DNA of 32,000 nt, from NCBI GenBank assembly GCA_942492995.1, contig OW818653.1, positions 1,500,001 to 1,532,000 of the forward strand, read 5' to 3'. The notes beneath the pieces are model-generated. The model saw nothing but the letters and a program-made list of their open reading frames with translations. It was not told where the DNA came from and did not search any database. This document shows, in pieces, positions 9,648-17,199 of the stretch. Every line of letters starts with the position of its first letter. Position 1 is the stretch's first letter. The position numbers and the translations under genes were made by a program. The stretch is from an uncultured Erysipelotrichaceae bacterium (GTDB lineage Bacteria > Bacillota_I > Bacilli_A > Erysipelotrichales > Erysipelotrichaceae).

Positions 9648-10999
9648 TACGATCCTCCTTGTGTATTGGATTCTGAGAAGTTATAGAATGCGTTGATATT
9701 CGCTTCGAAAGCTAATTCAACTTGACCAATTGGTCCGTTACGATGTTTAGAGATTAATACTTCTGTCTTCTCAGTTGATGGTCTTTCTTCATCTTTTTCA
9801 TAATATGCATGACGATATAAGAAGATAACTAAGTCCGCATCTTGTTCAAGTGCTCCTGATTCACGTAAATCAGATAGTTGAGGACGTTTATCAGAACGTT
9901 GTTCAACACTACGTGATAATTGGGATAATGCGATAACAGGTACATTTAATTCACGAGCTAGAGCTTTTAAGCCACGAGAGATTTCAGATACTTCTTGTTG
10001 GCGATTTTCACCATTACTCTTTGAACTACTTGCAATCAATTGGATATAGTCAATTACGATAAGTCCTAATGGATGCTCAGTTTGTAGTTTACGACATTTT
10101 GAGAAGATTTCCGCTACACGAATGGTTGGTGAATCATCGATGTATATTTTAGTTTGTCTTAAATCTGCCGCAGCTTCATTTAAGGCATTCCATTCATTGT
10201 TTGAATTTAATTGACCAGTTCTTAGAATCGATCCTGTAATTCTTGATTTAACCGATAACATACGCGTAATTAATTGTTCAGCTGGCATTTCAAGTGAAAA
10301 GATTGCGACAGCTGATTTGGTAATCTGTGCCGCATTTAACCCAATATTCAACGCAAACGCGGTTTTACCCATCGAAGGACGTGCCGCAAGAATGATTAAA
10401 TCACCTCGTTGAAACCCATTGGTCATACGATCAAGTGCTCTAAAACCAGAAGAAGTACCTGTAACACTACTGTGTTGTGTACTCATCTTCTGTATGTTTT
10501 CTAATACATCTTTTACAACTTCACGTGCACCTTTAAATTCTGATGTACGGCGTGTACGTGTAACATTTAATAATTGTTTCTCAGCTCGATCCATCACATC
10601 GTCTAAATTAACGGATGTGTCATACCCATCTTGAGCAATTTGTTGAGCTGTGATAATTAGATTACGTAAGTATGCTTTATCTTGAATAAGTTCAACATAA
10701 TACTTTGTATTTGCGGATGATACTGAAGTATCGGATAGTTCTAAGATAAAATTAATTCCACCTACTGCATTTAACATCTTTAAATCATTTAAACGACCTA
10801 AAAGAGAAGGTGAATCAATAGGTTTACCTTCTTCAAACATCGTCATCATTACACCATAGATACGCTTATGAGCTTCCACGTAAAAATCTTCGGAATGTAA
10901 ACCGAGTTCTATCGCAGTTTGAACACTGTTGGGATAGGACAACATACTAGAGATTAAGGCTTGTTCAGCTTCGGTACTATTAGGTAATGTTTGATTCAT
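9647..10999 (-). CDS. dnaB: replicative DNA helicase
   Basis: 450 aa. Walker A ARPSMGKTAF, FSLEMPAEQL, and a RecA-like C-terminal domain. Sits at the conserved position after rplI. Confidence 0.95.
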   Translation of the reverse strand: MNQTLPNSTEAEQALISSMLSYPNSVQTAIELGLHSEDFYVEAHKRIYGVMMTMFEEGKPIDSPSLLGRLNDLKMLNAVGGINFILELSDTSVSSANTKYYVELIQDKAYLRNLIITAQQIAQDGYDTSVNLDDVMDRAEKQLLNVTRTRRTSEFKGAREVVKDVLENIQKMSTQHSSVTGTSSGFRALDRMTNGFQRGDLIILAARPSMGKTAFALNIGLNAAQITKSAVAIFSLEMPAEQLITRMLSVKSRITGSILRTGQLNSNNEWNALNEAAADLRQTKIYIDDSPTIRVAEIFSKCRKLQTEHPLGLIVIDYIQLIASSSKSNGENRQQEVSEISRGLKALARELNVPVIALSQLSRSVEQRSDKRPQLSDLRESGALEQDADLVIFLYRHAYYEKDEERPSTEKTEVLISKHRNGPIGQVELAFEANINAFYNFSESNTQGGS

Positions 11000-11003
11000 A
11001 GGT

Positions 11004-11450
11004 TTATTGTGCTTTTAGTTGTATTTTAATTGTTGCGATAACTTGTTTATGAAGTTCAATTTGTACATTGTAGAAACCAACTGTATTAAATGGTCCTTCA
11101 TCTAGGATTTTACGTTTATCAATCGTAATCTTATGTTTCTTCAATAGTTCTTCACCAATTTGTTTAGAACTAACCGATCCAAATACTTTACCATTCTCAC
11201 CCGTTTTTACAGGAAAGACTAAGGTTAAATCGGATAATTTAACTTTTAATGCTTCAGCGTTTTTAATATCTTCTTTTTCTTGATCGATTTTTTGTTGTTT
11301 CTGTTGTTCAAGAATTGCTTTACTCTGTTCTGTTGCCGCAACAGCTAGTTTATTACGAATTAAGAAATTTCGTGCATAACCATCCGCAACTTCAAGGATA
11401 TTACCCTTCTTACCAACATTCTTTACATCTTCTAGTAATATGATCTTCAT
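11004..11450 (-). CDS. rplI: 50S ribosomal protein L9
   Basis: 148 aa, [30 protein letters not shown] is typical of L9. Confidence 0.95.
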   Translation of the reverse strand: MKIILLEDVKNVGKKGNILEVADGYARNFLIRNKLAVAATEQSKAILEQQKQQKIDQEKEDIKNAEALKVKLSDLTLVFPVKTGENGKVFGSVSSKQIGEELLKKHKITIDKRKILDEGPFNTVGFYNVQIELHKQVIATIKIQLKAQ

Positions 11451-13408
11451 TTTTCATCCTCTTGTGCTAACCATTGTTCAATAACAAGTTCTAGTTCAAC
11501 TAAAATTTGTTCAACACTGGTATTATCTCTTTGTAATGCGGCAGCGGTAAAGTGACCGCCTCCACTCATTTTTTCCATTATAACATGAACGTTGATATTC
11601 CCATTCGATCGAGCAGAAATACCCACTGTTTTTTCACTAATTTTTGATACAACAAATGACGCTTCAATATCTTTAATGATAAGTAAACTATTCGCTACTT
11701 GTGATATTAACGCACGATCGAGAATTGTATCATCTTTCATCGATGCGACCACAATACCCTTTTTAAATCGAGTAAGGTTTTGCATCAACTTTGTCTTAAG
11801 TATAAATTCTTGATAATTATCTTTTAAGTAATTATCACATATGATAGGATCTGCTCCATATTGTTTTAATAAAGCGGATACTTCAAATGTACGACTTCCT
11901 GTACGTGTACGGAATCGATTTGTATCAATCAGAATACCTGTTAGCGCAAAGTTCGCTTCTTCTTCTGTTAACTCAATTGTATTCTGTTGATATGGAATAA
12001 GCTCAGTAACCATTTCGGTTGTACTAGACGCAGCTGTTTCCATATAAACTAACAATGGATTGAAGCTATAATCTTGGTTTCTTCGATGATGATCAATTAC
12101 AACAATCTTCTTAACTCTCTCAAGTATTTGAGGTAATGATGATTGAGTTGCTAAATGATGGTCCACCATTATTAATAGTGTTCTCTCATTAATTAATGCG
12201 TATATTTCATGTTCTTTGATGAAATGATGTTCTTTATTAAATTTTTCTTTTTCAGTCGCATACGCTAATGATAGTTTACTCTCTAATGCACCATGCATAA
12301 TGATTGATACTGGTATGTTGTATGATCCAACAATCTTACTTAATACAAGTGCTGAACCGAAACAATCAAAGTCCATATCTTTATGTCCAAGTATCATTAC
12401 GTTACTTGAATTAACGATTAGTTCTTTTAAGGTTTGTGCAATTACACGAGCACGTACTTTACTACGTTTCTCAACAGCTTCACTACTTCCACCCATATAA
12501 ATAACATCTTCGCCATAGGACTTAATCGCAACTTGATCGCCACCTCTACTTTGAGCTAACGCTAGTGCCCCATTCACCATTTCTTCAAGTTCTAAGAACT
12601 CAAGCGATCCACGTGCAAATGCCATGGAAAGTGTAATTGCGACATCTAGCTCAGAGGATGCTTCACGAATGATTTTAAGGATAGAGAATTGTTCCTCTAC
12701 CATTTGTTTAAATAACATCTCATTCAACACCAATAACATTCTATTGTTTCTTAATCGTTTAATAAATACACCACGATCATTTGCCCAATGATATACAGCC
12801 TGTCGTATTTTACTATCGATCAATGAAATGCGTTGTTCTTCTTCGTATTGTGTTGTTTCTTCGTAGTTATCAAAATGGATCAACCCTAATACGATTTGTT
12901 TATCTTCACTTGCGACTCTAAGTATCGTTAAATCTGTCACATCTTTAAAGAAAAGTGTTTGTCCATTTTCTTTACGTCTAATCTGATAGATATGATCATT
13001 AATCGTGACTTGTACCATATCTGCTTCGTTATTAAATAATAACTTAGTCTCAGGTAACCAATTCATAATCTTCTGTCCTATGACATCGTATGCACGTGTA
13101 TGTAGAAGTTCACTTATCCAAGTAATTTCATAATTATGATCAATGGTTAATAAACCTAATTCACCAAAAAGGAACGCTTCTTGTGAATCTTTACCAAGAA
13201 TTTTAGAAATGGTTAATAGTCTTTCATTATGATATTCTTCTGAATATTCCATGAACACAATAATTAATACAATATTAACCAACGCAAAGAATCCGTCCAC
13301 AATCGAAAAAGGCAGTCTAAACAAGGTGTGACTGAGTCCTAATGCGATAACTTCTATGGCTAAAACGAGCCACATAAGACGTTTTACTTTTTTATATTGA
13401 TTAAGCAT
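11447..13408 (-). CDS. gdpP: cyclic-di-AMP phosphodiesterase, GdpP/YybT type (2 TM, PAS-like, degenerate GGDEF, DHH/DHHA1)
   Basis: 653 aa with two N-terminal TM helices, DHH motif (VIDHHRR) and GGGH motif ([11 protein letters not shown]). Conserved yybS-gdpP-rplI context. Confidence 0.9.
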   Translation of the reverse strand: MLNQYKKVKRLMWLVLAIEVIALGLSHTLFRLPFSIVDGFFALVNIVLIIVFMEYSEEYHNERLLTISKILGKDSQEAFLFGELGLLTIDHNYEITWISELLHTRAYDVIGQKIMNWLPETKLLFNNEADMVQVTINDHIYQIRRKENGQTLFFKDVTDLTILRVASEDKQIVLGLIHFDNYEETTQYEEEQRISLIDSKIRQAVYHWANDRGVFIKRLRNNRMLLVLNEMLFKQMVEEQFSILKIIREASSELDVAITLSMAFARGSLEFLELEEMVNGALALAQSRGGDQVAIKSYGEDVIYMGGSSEAVEKRSKVRARVIAQTLKELIVNSSNVMILGHKDMDFDCFGSALVLSKIVGSYNIPVSIIMHGALESKLSLAYATEKEKFNKEHHFIKEHEIYALINERTLLIMVDHHLATQSSLPQILERVKKIVVIDHHRRNQDYSFNPLLVYMETAASSTTEMVTELIPYQQNTIELTEEEANFALTGILIDTNRFRTRTGSRTFEVSALLKQYGADPIICDNYLKDNYQEFILKTKLMQNLTRFKKGIVVASMKDDTILDRALISQVANSLLIIKDIEASFVVSKISEKTVGISARSNGNINVHVIMEKMSGGGHFTAAALQRDNTSVEQILVELELVIEQWLAQEDEK

Positions 13409-13411
13409 ATT

Positions 13412-14320
13412 TTATAGTGTAATGAGTTCGATTCGTTTACGTATATCCGTAAAACAATCCAATAGTCCTAATCCAATGAAAACATAGATTACAAGACTTG
13501 GCAAGAAAAGAAAACCTAATAAGGCGAAAGTGGTTACAGATTTATTACCTGTTCTTTTACCATAGAACTTGATTAAGCAAAACCCATAAAATGTAGCTAT
13601 TAATTGTGAGAACACACCTAAATTTATTCCAATAACTTGATAAGTAACAGAACTTGTAGTTACCAAGTATTTTCCTGAAAATAAAGCAATTGTCACTATG
13701 ATTCCAGCCCAAATTGGTAATCGTAATGATTCTATTGGTCTAGATTTTCTATATGAAATCTTTAATCTTCTTAATAATACTATTGATATCATATGAATTA
13801 TTAACGCTTGCATGATAGACATGGTTATTAATAATAATGGAATCAACGACAGGATCAATGCTTCACCATTCAATATTGCCGCAAACTCTGGTATTTTGGA
13901 TAATTCAGATACAACTACGTTTATTTCAGTAACAATATCATAACCAAATAGCTTAGCTAAAACATAAGTTTCAAGAAAAATACTAATTGAATTAACAATT
14001 ATAGATGTTGTAATAATCCAGTCGTTCGTACGATTCTTTATTATTCCATACCCGTACACTAAGCCTAAAATTAAGCCTGTGAAAGTATAGAATAAAGTAG
14101 TAAATTGACCTAACATCAACGTTAAAATAATAGCTGATGTAAATAAAATTATTCCATTCTTAAAACCATATCTAATTGTATAGATAATAATTGGAATAGG
14201 AAATACAAATACAAAATAGGATTGTAATAACAATCCAAACTGTAAATTTAAAAATAGGAGAATACCAATAATGCCAAGCATTACTGATCCTTCTGTAATT
14301 GTGCGTACTTGTTTTTTCAT
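13412..14320 (-). CDS. polytopic membrane protein, YybS-like (DUF2232-type)
   Basis: 302 aa and highly hydrophobic. It occupies the conserved position between rpsR and gdpP. Confidence 0.7.
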   Translation of the reverse strand: MKKQVRTITEGSVMLGIIGILLFLNLQFGLLLQSYFVFVFPIPIIIYTIRYGFKNGIILFTSAIILTLMLGQFTTLFYTFTGLILGLVYGYGIIKNRTNDWIITTSIIVNSISIFLETYVLAKLFGYDIVTEINVVVSELSKIPEFAAILNGEALILSLIPLLLITMSIMQALIIHMISIVLLRRLKISYRKSRPIESLRLPIWAGIIVTIALFSGKYLVTTSSVTYQVIGINLGVFSQLIATFYGFCLIKFYGKRTGNKSVTTFALLGFLFLPSLVIYVFIGLGLLDCFTDIRKRIELITL

Positions 14321-14331
14321 ATATAAAGTTA

Positions 14332-14356
14332 AACCTCCACCGACATAGTGGAGGTT
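14332..14356 (-). terminator. hairpin (probable partial terminator) between rpsR and yybS-like gene
   Basis: 9-bp GC-rich stem AACCTCCAC / GTGGAGGTT with a 7-nt loop. The tail on the minus strand is TAACTTTATAT, which is only moderately U-rich. Confidence 0.5.
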
Positions 14357-14363
14357 ATAGTTT

Positions 14364-14594
14364 TTAGTCGGCTACGTATGGTAATAAAGCCATTTGACGT
14401 GCACGTTTTACTGCAGTTGCTAGAATACGTTGGTACTTAGCTGCTGTGCCAGTCACACGTCTTGGTATAATCTTGCCATTTGCAGAAATGAAACGTTTTA
14501 ATAGTTCTAAATCTTTATAGTCAATGACAGTGATGTTGTTTTTTGTGAAGTAACAGACTTTTTTGCGTACTGTTCTTTGTTTTTTGAATGCCAT
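14364..14594 (-). CDS. rpsR: 30S ribosomal protein S18
   Basis: 76 aa; [37 protein letters not shown] is typical of S18. Confidence 0.95.
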   Translation of the reverse strand: MAFKKQRTVRKKVCYFTKNNITVIDYKDLELLKRFISANGKIIPRRVTGTAAKYQRILATAVKRARQMALLPYVAD

Positions 14595-14609
14595 GAGATG
14601 CTCCTTTCG

Positions 14610-15056
14610 CTAAAATGGTAGGTCATCGCTGGAGATATCCAGTAATGGTCCTGTGTTGAAATCATCGTCTGAAACATCGTTATCCGCAAAGTATCCTGTA
14701 GATTTCGGTGCTTGTTGACTTGGTTGTTGTGTTTCGCTAGAATTGCGAGATCCGATAAGTTGGACATTATCTGCAGTCACATCCGTCGTATAGACTTTCT
14801 TGCCTGTAGTTTTATCATCATAACTTCCCGTTGTAATATGTCCTTCAACCCCAACTGTGCTTCCTTTTTTAGCGTATTGATTCAAGAAGTCAGCGGACTG
14901 ACGCCAAGCAATACAACTAATAAACGAAGTTTCATCGTTCTGTCCAAACTTACGATTTACAGCAACTGTAAAGCGTGCGTAGGATATTCCCGACTGGGTT
15001 TTAAAGTATTGAGGATCTCTTGTAAGATTGCCTACCAATACAACACGGTTAATCAT
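14610..15056 (-). CDS. ssb: single-stranded DNA-binding protein
   Basis: OB-fold N-terminus MINRVVLVGNLTRDPQ and acidic C-terminal tip DDLPF. Confidence 0.95.
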   Translation of the reverse strand: MINRVVLVGNLTRDPQYFKTQSGISYARFTVAVNRKFGQNDETSFISCIAWRQSADFLNQYAKKGSTVGVEGHITTGSYDDKTTGKKVYTTDVTADNVQLIGSRNSSETQQPSQQAPKSTGYFADNDVSDDDFNTGPLLDISSDDLPF

Positions 15057-15067
15057 AATTTCCCCTT

Positions 15068-15358
15068 TTACTTATCTTCTAAGTTTAATACTAAGAAACG
15101 TACAACATTTGTGTTAATGCGTGCTAGACGATCGAACTCTTTTACCGCCGCTGGCGTAGTTTCAACCTTAATAACACTGTAATAACCCTTCGTCATATCA
15201 TCAATAGGGTACGCGAATTCGCGAAGTCCCCACTCATCAACGTGTTTTACCGTTCCCCCATCAACAGATAGGATTGCGTGTAAATTCGTAACAAGCTCTT
15301 GACGTGCAGCTTCTTCTAAAGTTGCTTTGACGATGTACATGATTTCATAATTTCTCAT
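15068..15358 (-). CDS. rpsF: 30S ribosomal protein S6
   Basis: 96 aa, MRNYEIMYIV..., at the conserved rpsF-ssb-rpsR position. Confidence 0.95.
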   Translation of the reverse strand: MRNYEIMYIVKATLEEAARQELVTNLHAILSVDGGTVKHVDEWGLREFAYPIDDMTKGYYSVIKVETTPAAVKEFDRLARINTNVVRFLVLNLEDK

Positions 15359-15424
15359 GTGTTCACCTCCTTGTGGTCAATTGGCCTTTTCAGGCAAGGA
15401 GTAAATAAATTTTATCTACTCGTG
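15359..15424 (-). promoter_or_regulatory. rpsF 5' leader with SD-sequestering hairpin (candidate S6:S18 autoregulatory leader)
   Basis: In the mRNA, CUCCUUG (15401-15395) pairs with CAAGGAG (15373-15367), which is the rpsF Shine-Dalgarno sequence. An inner GCC-UGAAAA-GGC hairpin lies between the two arms. Confidence 0.45.
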
Positions 15425-15430
15425 CTTAAG

Positions 15431-15459
15431 ATTATACCATTCAAACAATGAAAAGTAAA
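15431..15459 (-). promoter_or_regulatory. sigma-A-type promoter of rpsF-ssb-rpsR
   Basis: On the minus strand: -35 TTTACT (15459-15454), 17-nt spacer, extended -10 TGgTATAAT (-10 hexamer 15436-15431). Confidence 0.6.
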
Positions 15460-15691
15460 CTCTATTTTTGATACGCATATTGAGTAATTACTCAACCTTT
15501 TTTTAAGAAATAAATAGATACCAAATCAAGATAATTTTTTCTCTTAATCTTGGGATTGATATCAAATTTAATTTAACATCTAAACTAATGAACTTATATA
15601 AATTAGCTAATTCATGTAGAACTACCTTACCATTTTTTCAAAAAATATCTCTACACCTTTTTAAATTTAGTCACTTTTAAATCAAACAAGT

Positions 15692-16504
15692 CTATTTCAC
15701 AAACATATATTGATATTTACGCATTTGATTGAAAATAATATTTTTCACTCTTTCTTTTACTTCTTTGGAATAACAACTATTGTTATCTATAATTTCTTCA
15801 ACATTCTTTTTATTAAAATTAAACTTCATATGCCTACCATAGACTTTTTCAATAGTATCAAGTTGATCATCAAAGTTATCGCAAAATGTTTTTGATTTCA
15901 CTTTCTTCATTAAAAGAAATATGTCCTTATTCATTGGATAATCCACTTTCGTGTCTGATAACAAACTCGCACCATTATCGAATATTGGGCAATAATGATA
16001 ATTTCCTTCGTTATCTAATAAAACAGCAATATTATGTGTATGCCTATCTTCATTTAAAAAAATCGCATCTATTGCTAGTAATTTACTCATGTATTCTCCA
16101 AAATCTTCTAAGTTCGTCATCCTAATTGTTTGTTCAACCAGAAATTTGATTCTATTTTCGTAAGACTCAATTGAAAATATATTTTTATGTAAGCTCTGAC
16201 CATAATAACTAATGAATAATCTCTCTAATGTAATTAATTGCCAACCCTTTGGCAAGAAATCTTTGCTTTTGCATCCTAGAAAATTCGTTTCACTATATTC
16301 AATTTCAACCGAATCATATTCTGTATATTCTTGTCCCTTTAAATTAGAAAACTTTAATAAATTAGATATTACATATTCCGCAAAGCCTTCATATCCTGTA
16401 TAGTCCGCTTTATACCACGTTTTATCAAAGTACCACTTCATTTGATTGCCTTTTGAAGATTGGACCGTGTTAGTTTTTATGTCATTTTCATCTAATTTAA
16501 TCAT
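15692..16504 (-). CDS. short HipA-family Ser/Thr kinase (core kinase only, HipT-like), putative toxin
   Basis: 270 aa. Gly-rich loop S16-S-K-G-N-Q-M-K23 resembles HipA S-x-x-G-x-Q-x-K. Catalytic loop N151-E-D-R-H-T-H-N158 resembles HipA D-x-H-x-x-N. Metal-binding I-F-D176-N-G. No N-terminal subdomain precedes the Gly-rich loop. SD GAGAGG overlaps the upstream stop. Confidence 0.7.
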   Translation of the reverse strand: MIKLDENDIKTNTVQSSKGNQMKWYFDKTWYKADYTGYEGFAEYVISNLLKFSNLKGQEYTEYDSVEIEYSETNFLGCKSKDFLPKGWQLITLERLFISYYGQSLHKNIFSIESYENRIKFLVEQTIRMTNLEDFGEYMSKLLAIDAIFLNEDRHTHNIAVLLDNEGNYHYCPIFDNGASLLSDTKVDYPMNKDIFLLMKKVKSKTFCDNFDDQLDTIEKVYGRHMKFNFNKKNVEEIIDNNSCYSKEVKERVKNIIFNQMRKYQYMFVK

Positions 16505-16508
16505 ACTA

Positions 16509-17063
16509 TTACCTCTCTAGTTTAATCCAAAATTCATCATCAGCCATTTTTCCATTAGTCTTCTCTATAATCATTAATGGTTCATAAAATGGTATATCAA
16601 GTTCTCTTAAATATAATTTCAAATTATCACGACTGCGCGGTAAGCATCTTGTTTCAAGAAATTCCTCATATTCTTGATATGTTGGGTTTTCATTATTACC
16701 AAATGCACGATAGATTAAATCACCAGTGTAATTTCGAATAGTTACTTTTCTGTTTTTTTCATCTACATCTATTATTGTACAAACTTCATTTCTAAACATA
16801 TACCATATGCGTAACCGATGCTTCATCGGAAATATTCTATAGTTCATTACAAACTCTGGGTTTTCATTTAACATTTTTATTAATGTAACAATGGGTCCTT
16901 TAATCAAATCAGTACTTGACTCCCATTTTTCTATTGTTTTGGTTGAAGCATTAACTAAACTTGAAAATTCTTGTTGAGTTAAGTTCAATTTCTTTCTTAT
17001 GTTTTTGATTTCTATACTTGATAATCGATCACTTATCGCAAATAAAGGTCTATTTTTAGTCAT
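16509..17063 (-). CDS. XRE-family HTH protein with C-terminal HipS-like / HipA-N-subdomain-like extension, putative antitoxin-repressor
   Basis: 184 aa. HTH at residues about 17-70 (IRKKLNLTQQEFSSLVNASTKTIEKWES...KGPIVTLIKMLNENPEF). Residues about 82-184 (RLRIWYMFRNEVCTIIDVD...YEEFLETRCLPRSRDNLKLYLRELDIPFYEPLMIIEKTNGKMADDEFWI) follow the HipS / HipA N-domain pattern F-F-x-N-L-L-P-E-G-x-x-R ... L-G-I ... L-L-x-x-x-G-x-D-x-x-G-A. GGAGG lies 7 nt before ATG 17063. Confidence 0.6.
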   Translation of the reverse strand: MTKNRPLFAISDRLSSIEIKNIRKKLNLTQQEFSSLVNASTKTIEKWESSTDLIKGPIVTLIKMLNENPEFVMNYRIFPMKHRLRIWYMFRNEVCTIIDVDEKNRKVTIRNYTGDLIYRAFGNNENPTYQEYEEFLETRCLPRSRDNLKLYLRELDIPFYEPLMIIEKTNGKMADDEFWIKLER

Positions 17064-17081
17064 ATTTTTACCTCCATTTAA

Positions 17082-17110
17082 ATTATACCCTATATTATAG
17101 GGTTTATCAA
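17082..17110 (-). promoter_or_regulatory. near-consensus sigma-A promoter of the HTH/kinase pair
   Basis: On the minus strand: -35 TTGATA (17110-17105), exactly 17-nt spacer, -10 TATAAT (17087-17082). The predicted start site falls at or near the GGAGG, so the leader would be very short. Confidence 0.55.
17087..17103. promoter_or_regulatory. operator-like perfect palindrome ACCCTATA-T-TATAGGGT
   Basis: 17-bp perfect inverted repeat filling the -35/-10 spacer of the promoter above. Confidence 0.6.
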
Positions 17111-17119
17111 TGTATATTT

Positions 17120-17136
17120 ACCCTATTTTATAGGGT
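17120..17136. promoter_or_regulatory. second operator-like palindrome ACCCTAT-TTT-ATAGGGT
   Basis: Same 7-bp arms as the first palindrome. Its centre is 33 bp from the first centre (about 3 helical turns), upstream of the -35. Confidence 0.55.
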
Positions 17137-17164
17137 TATTTAGAAAATTGTCATATTATAACTT

Positions 17165-17195
17165 AAATAAAAAAGACTACGCGTTAGCGTAGTCT
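17165..17195 (-). terminator. intrinsic terminator of the PTS operon
   Basis: Stem AGACTACGC / GCGTAGTCT (17174-17182 / 17187-17195), 4-nt loop, followed on the minus strand by TTTTTATT. It lies 5 nt after the EIIC stop. Confidence 0.85.
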
Positions 17196-17199
17196 AAGA

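Noticed and set aside
8447-12500. ORFs 8447-8635 (-), 10419-10634 (+), 11592-11813 (+) and 12300-12500 (+)
   Set aside because: They are embedded in or antisense to the M23 peptidase, dnaB and gdpP genes, whose frames carry clear catalytic motifs. No independent support.
13424-13434. tRNA T-loop-like string GAGTTCGATTC
   Set aside because: It sits inside the 3' end of the yybS-like CDS, and no acceptor or anticodon stems could be drawn around it. No tRNA is called.
14507-15182. ORFs 14507-14767 (-) and 14712-15182 (+) overlapping rpsR, ssb and rpsF
   Set aside because: They are alternative-frame or antisense reads across highly conserved ribosomal and SSB genes, and their protein sequences look like nonsense.
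15601-15612. 12-bp palindrome AATTAGCTAATT downstream of the kinase gene
   Set aside because: It is pure AT-rich sequence with no loop, which is not a stable hairpin, and it has no second copy. Such palindromes are expected by chance at this base composition.
15710-16403. Plus-strand ORFs 15710-15895, 15886-16125 and 16212-16403 opposite the Hip-like kinase
   Set aside because: They are antisense to the kinase gene in very AT-rich DNA. I considered a hidden antisense antitoxin, but there is no SD, no promoter-like element, and the peptides are low-complexity and hydrophobic.
15359-17199. Looked for mobile-element boundaries (direct or inverted terminal repeats, integrase, att-like duplication) around the AT-rich Hip-like insertion, and likewise around AbiE at 24095-25740
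   Set aside because: No recombinase gene and no convincing flanking repeat were found by eye. The low GC supports foreign origin but does not justify a mobile_element call.
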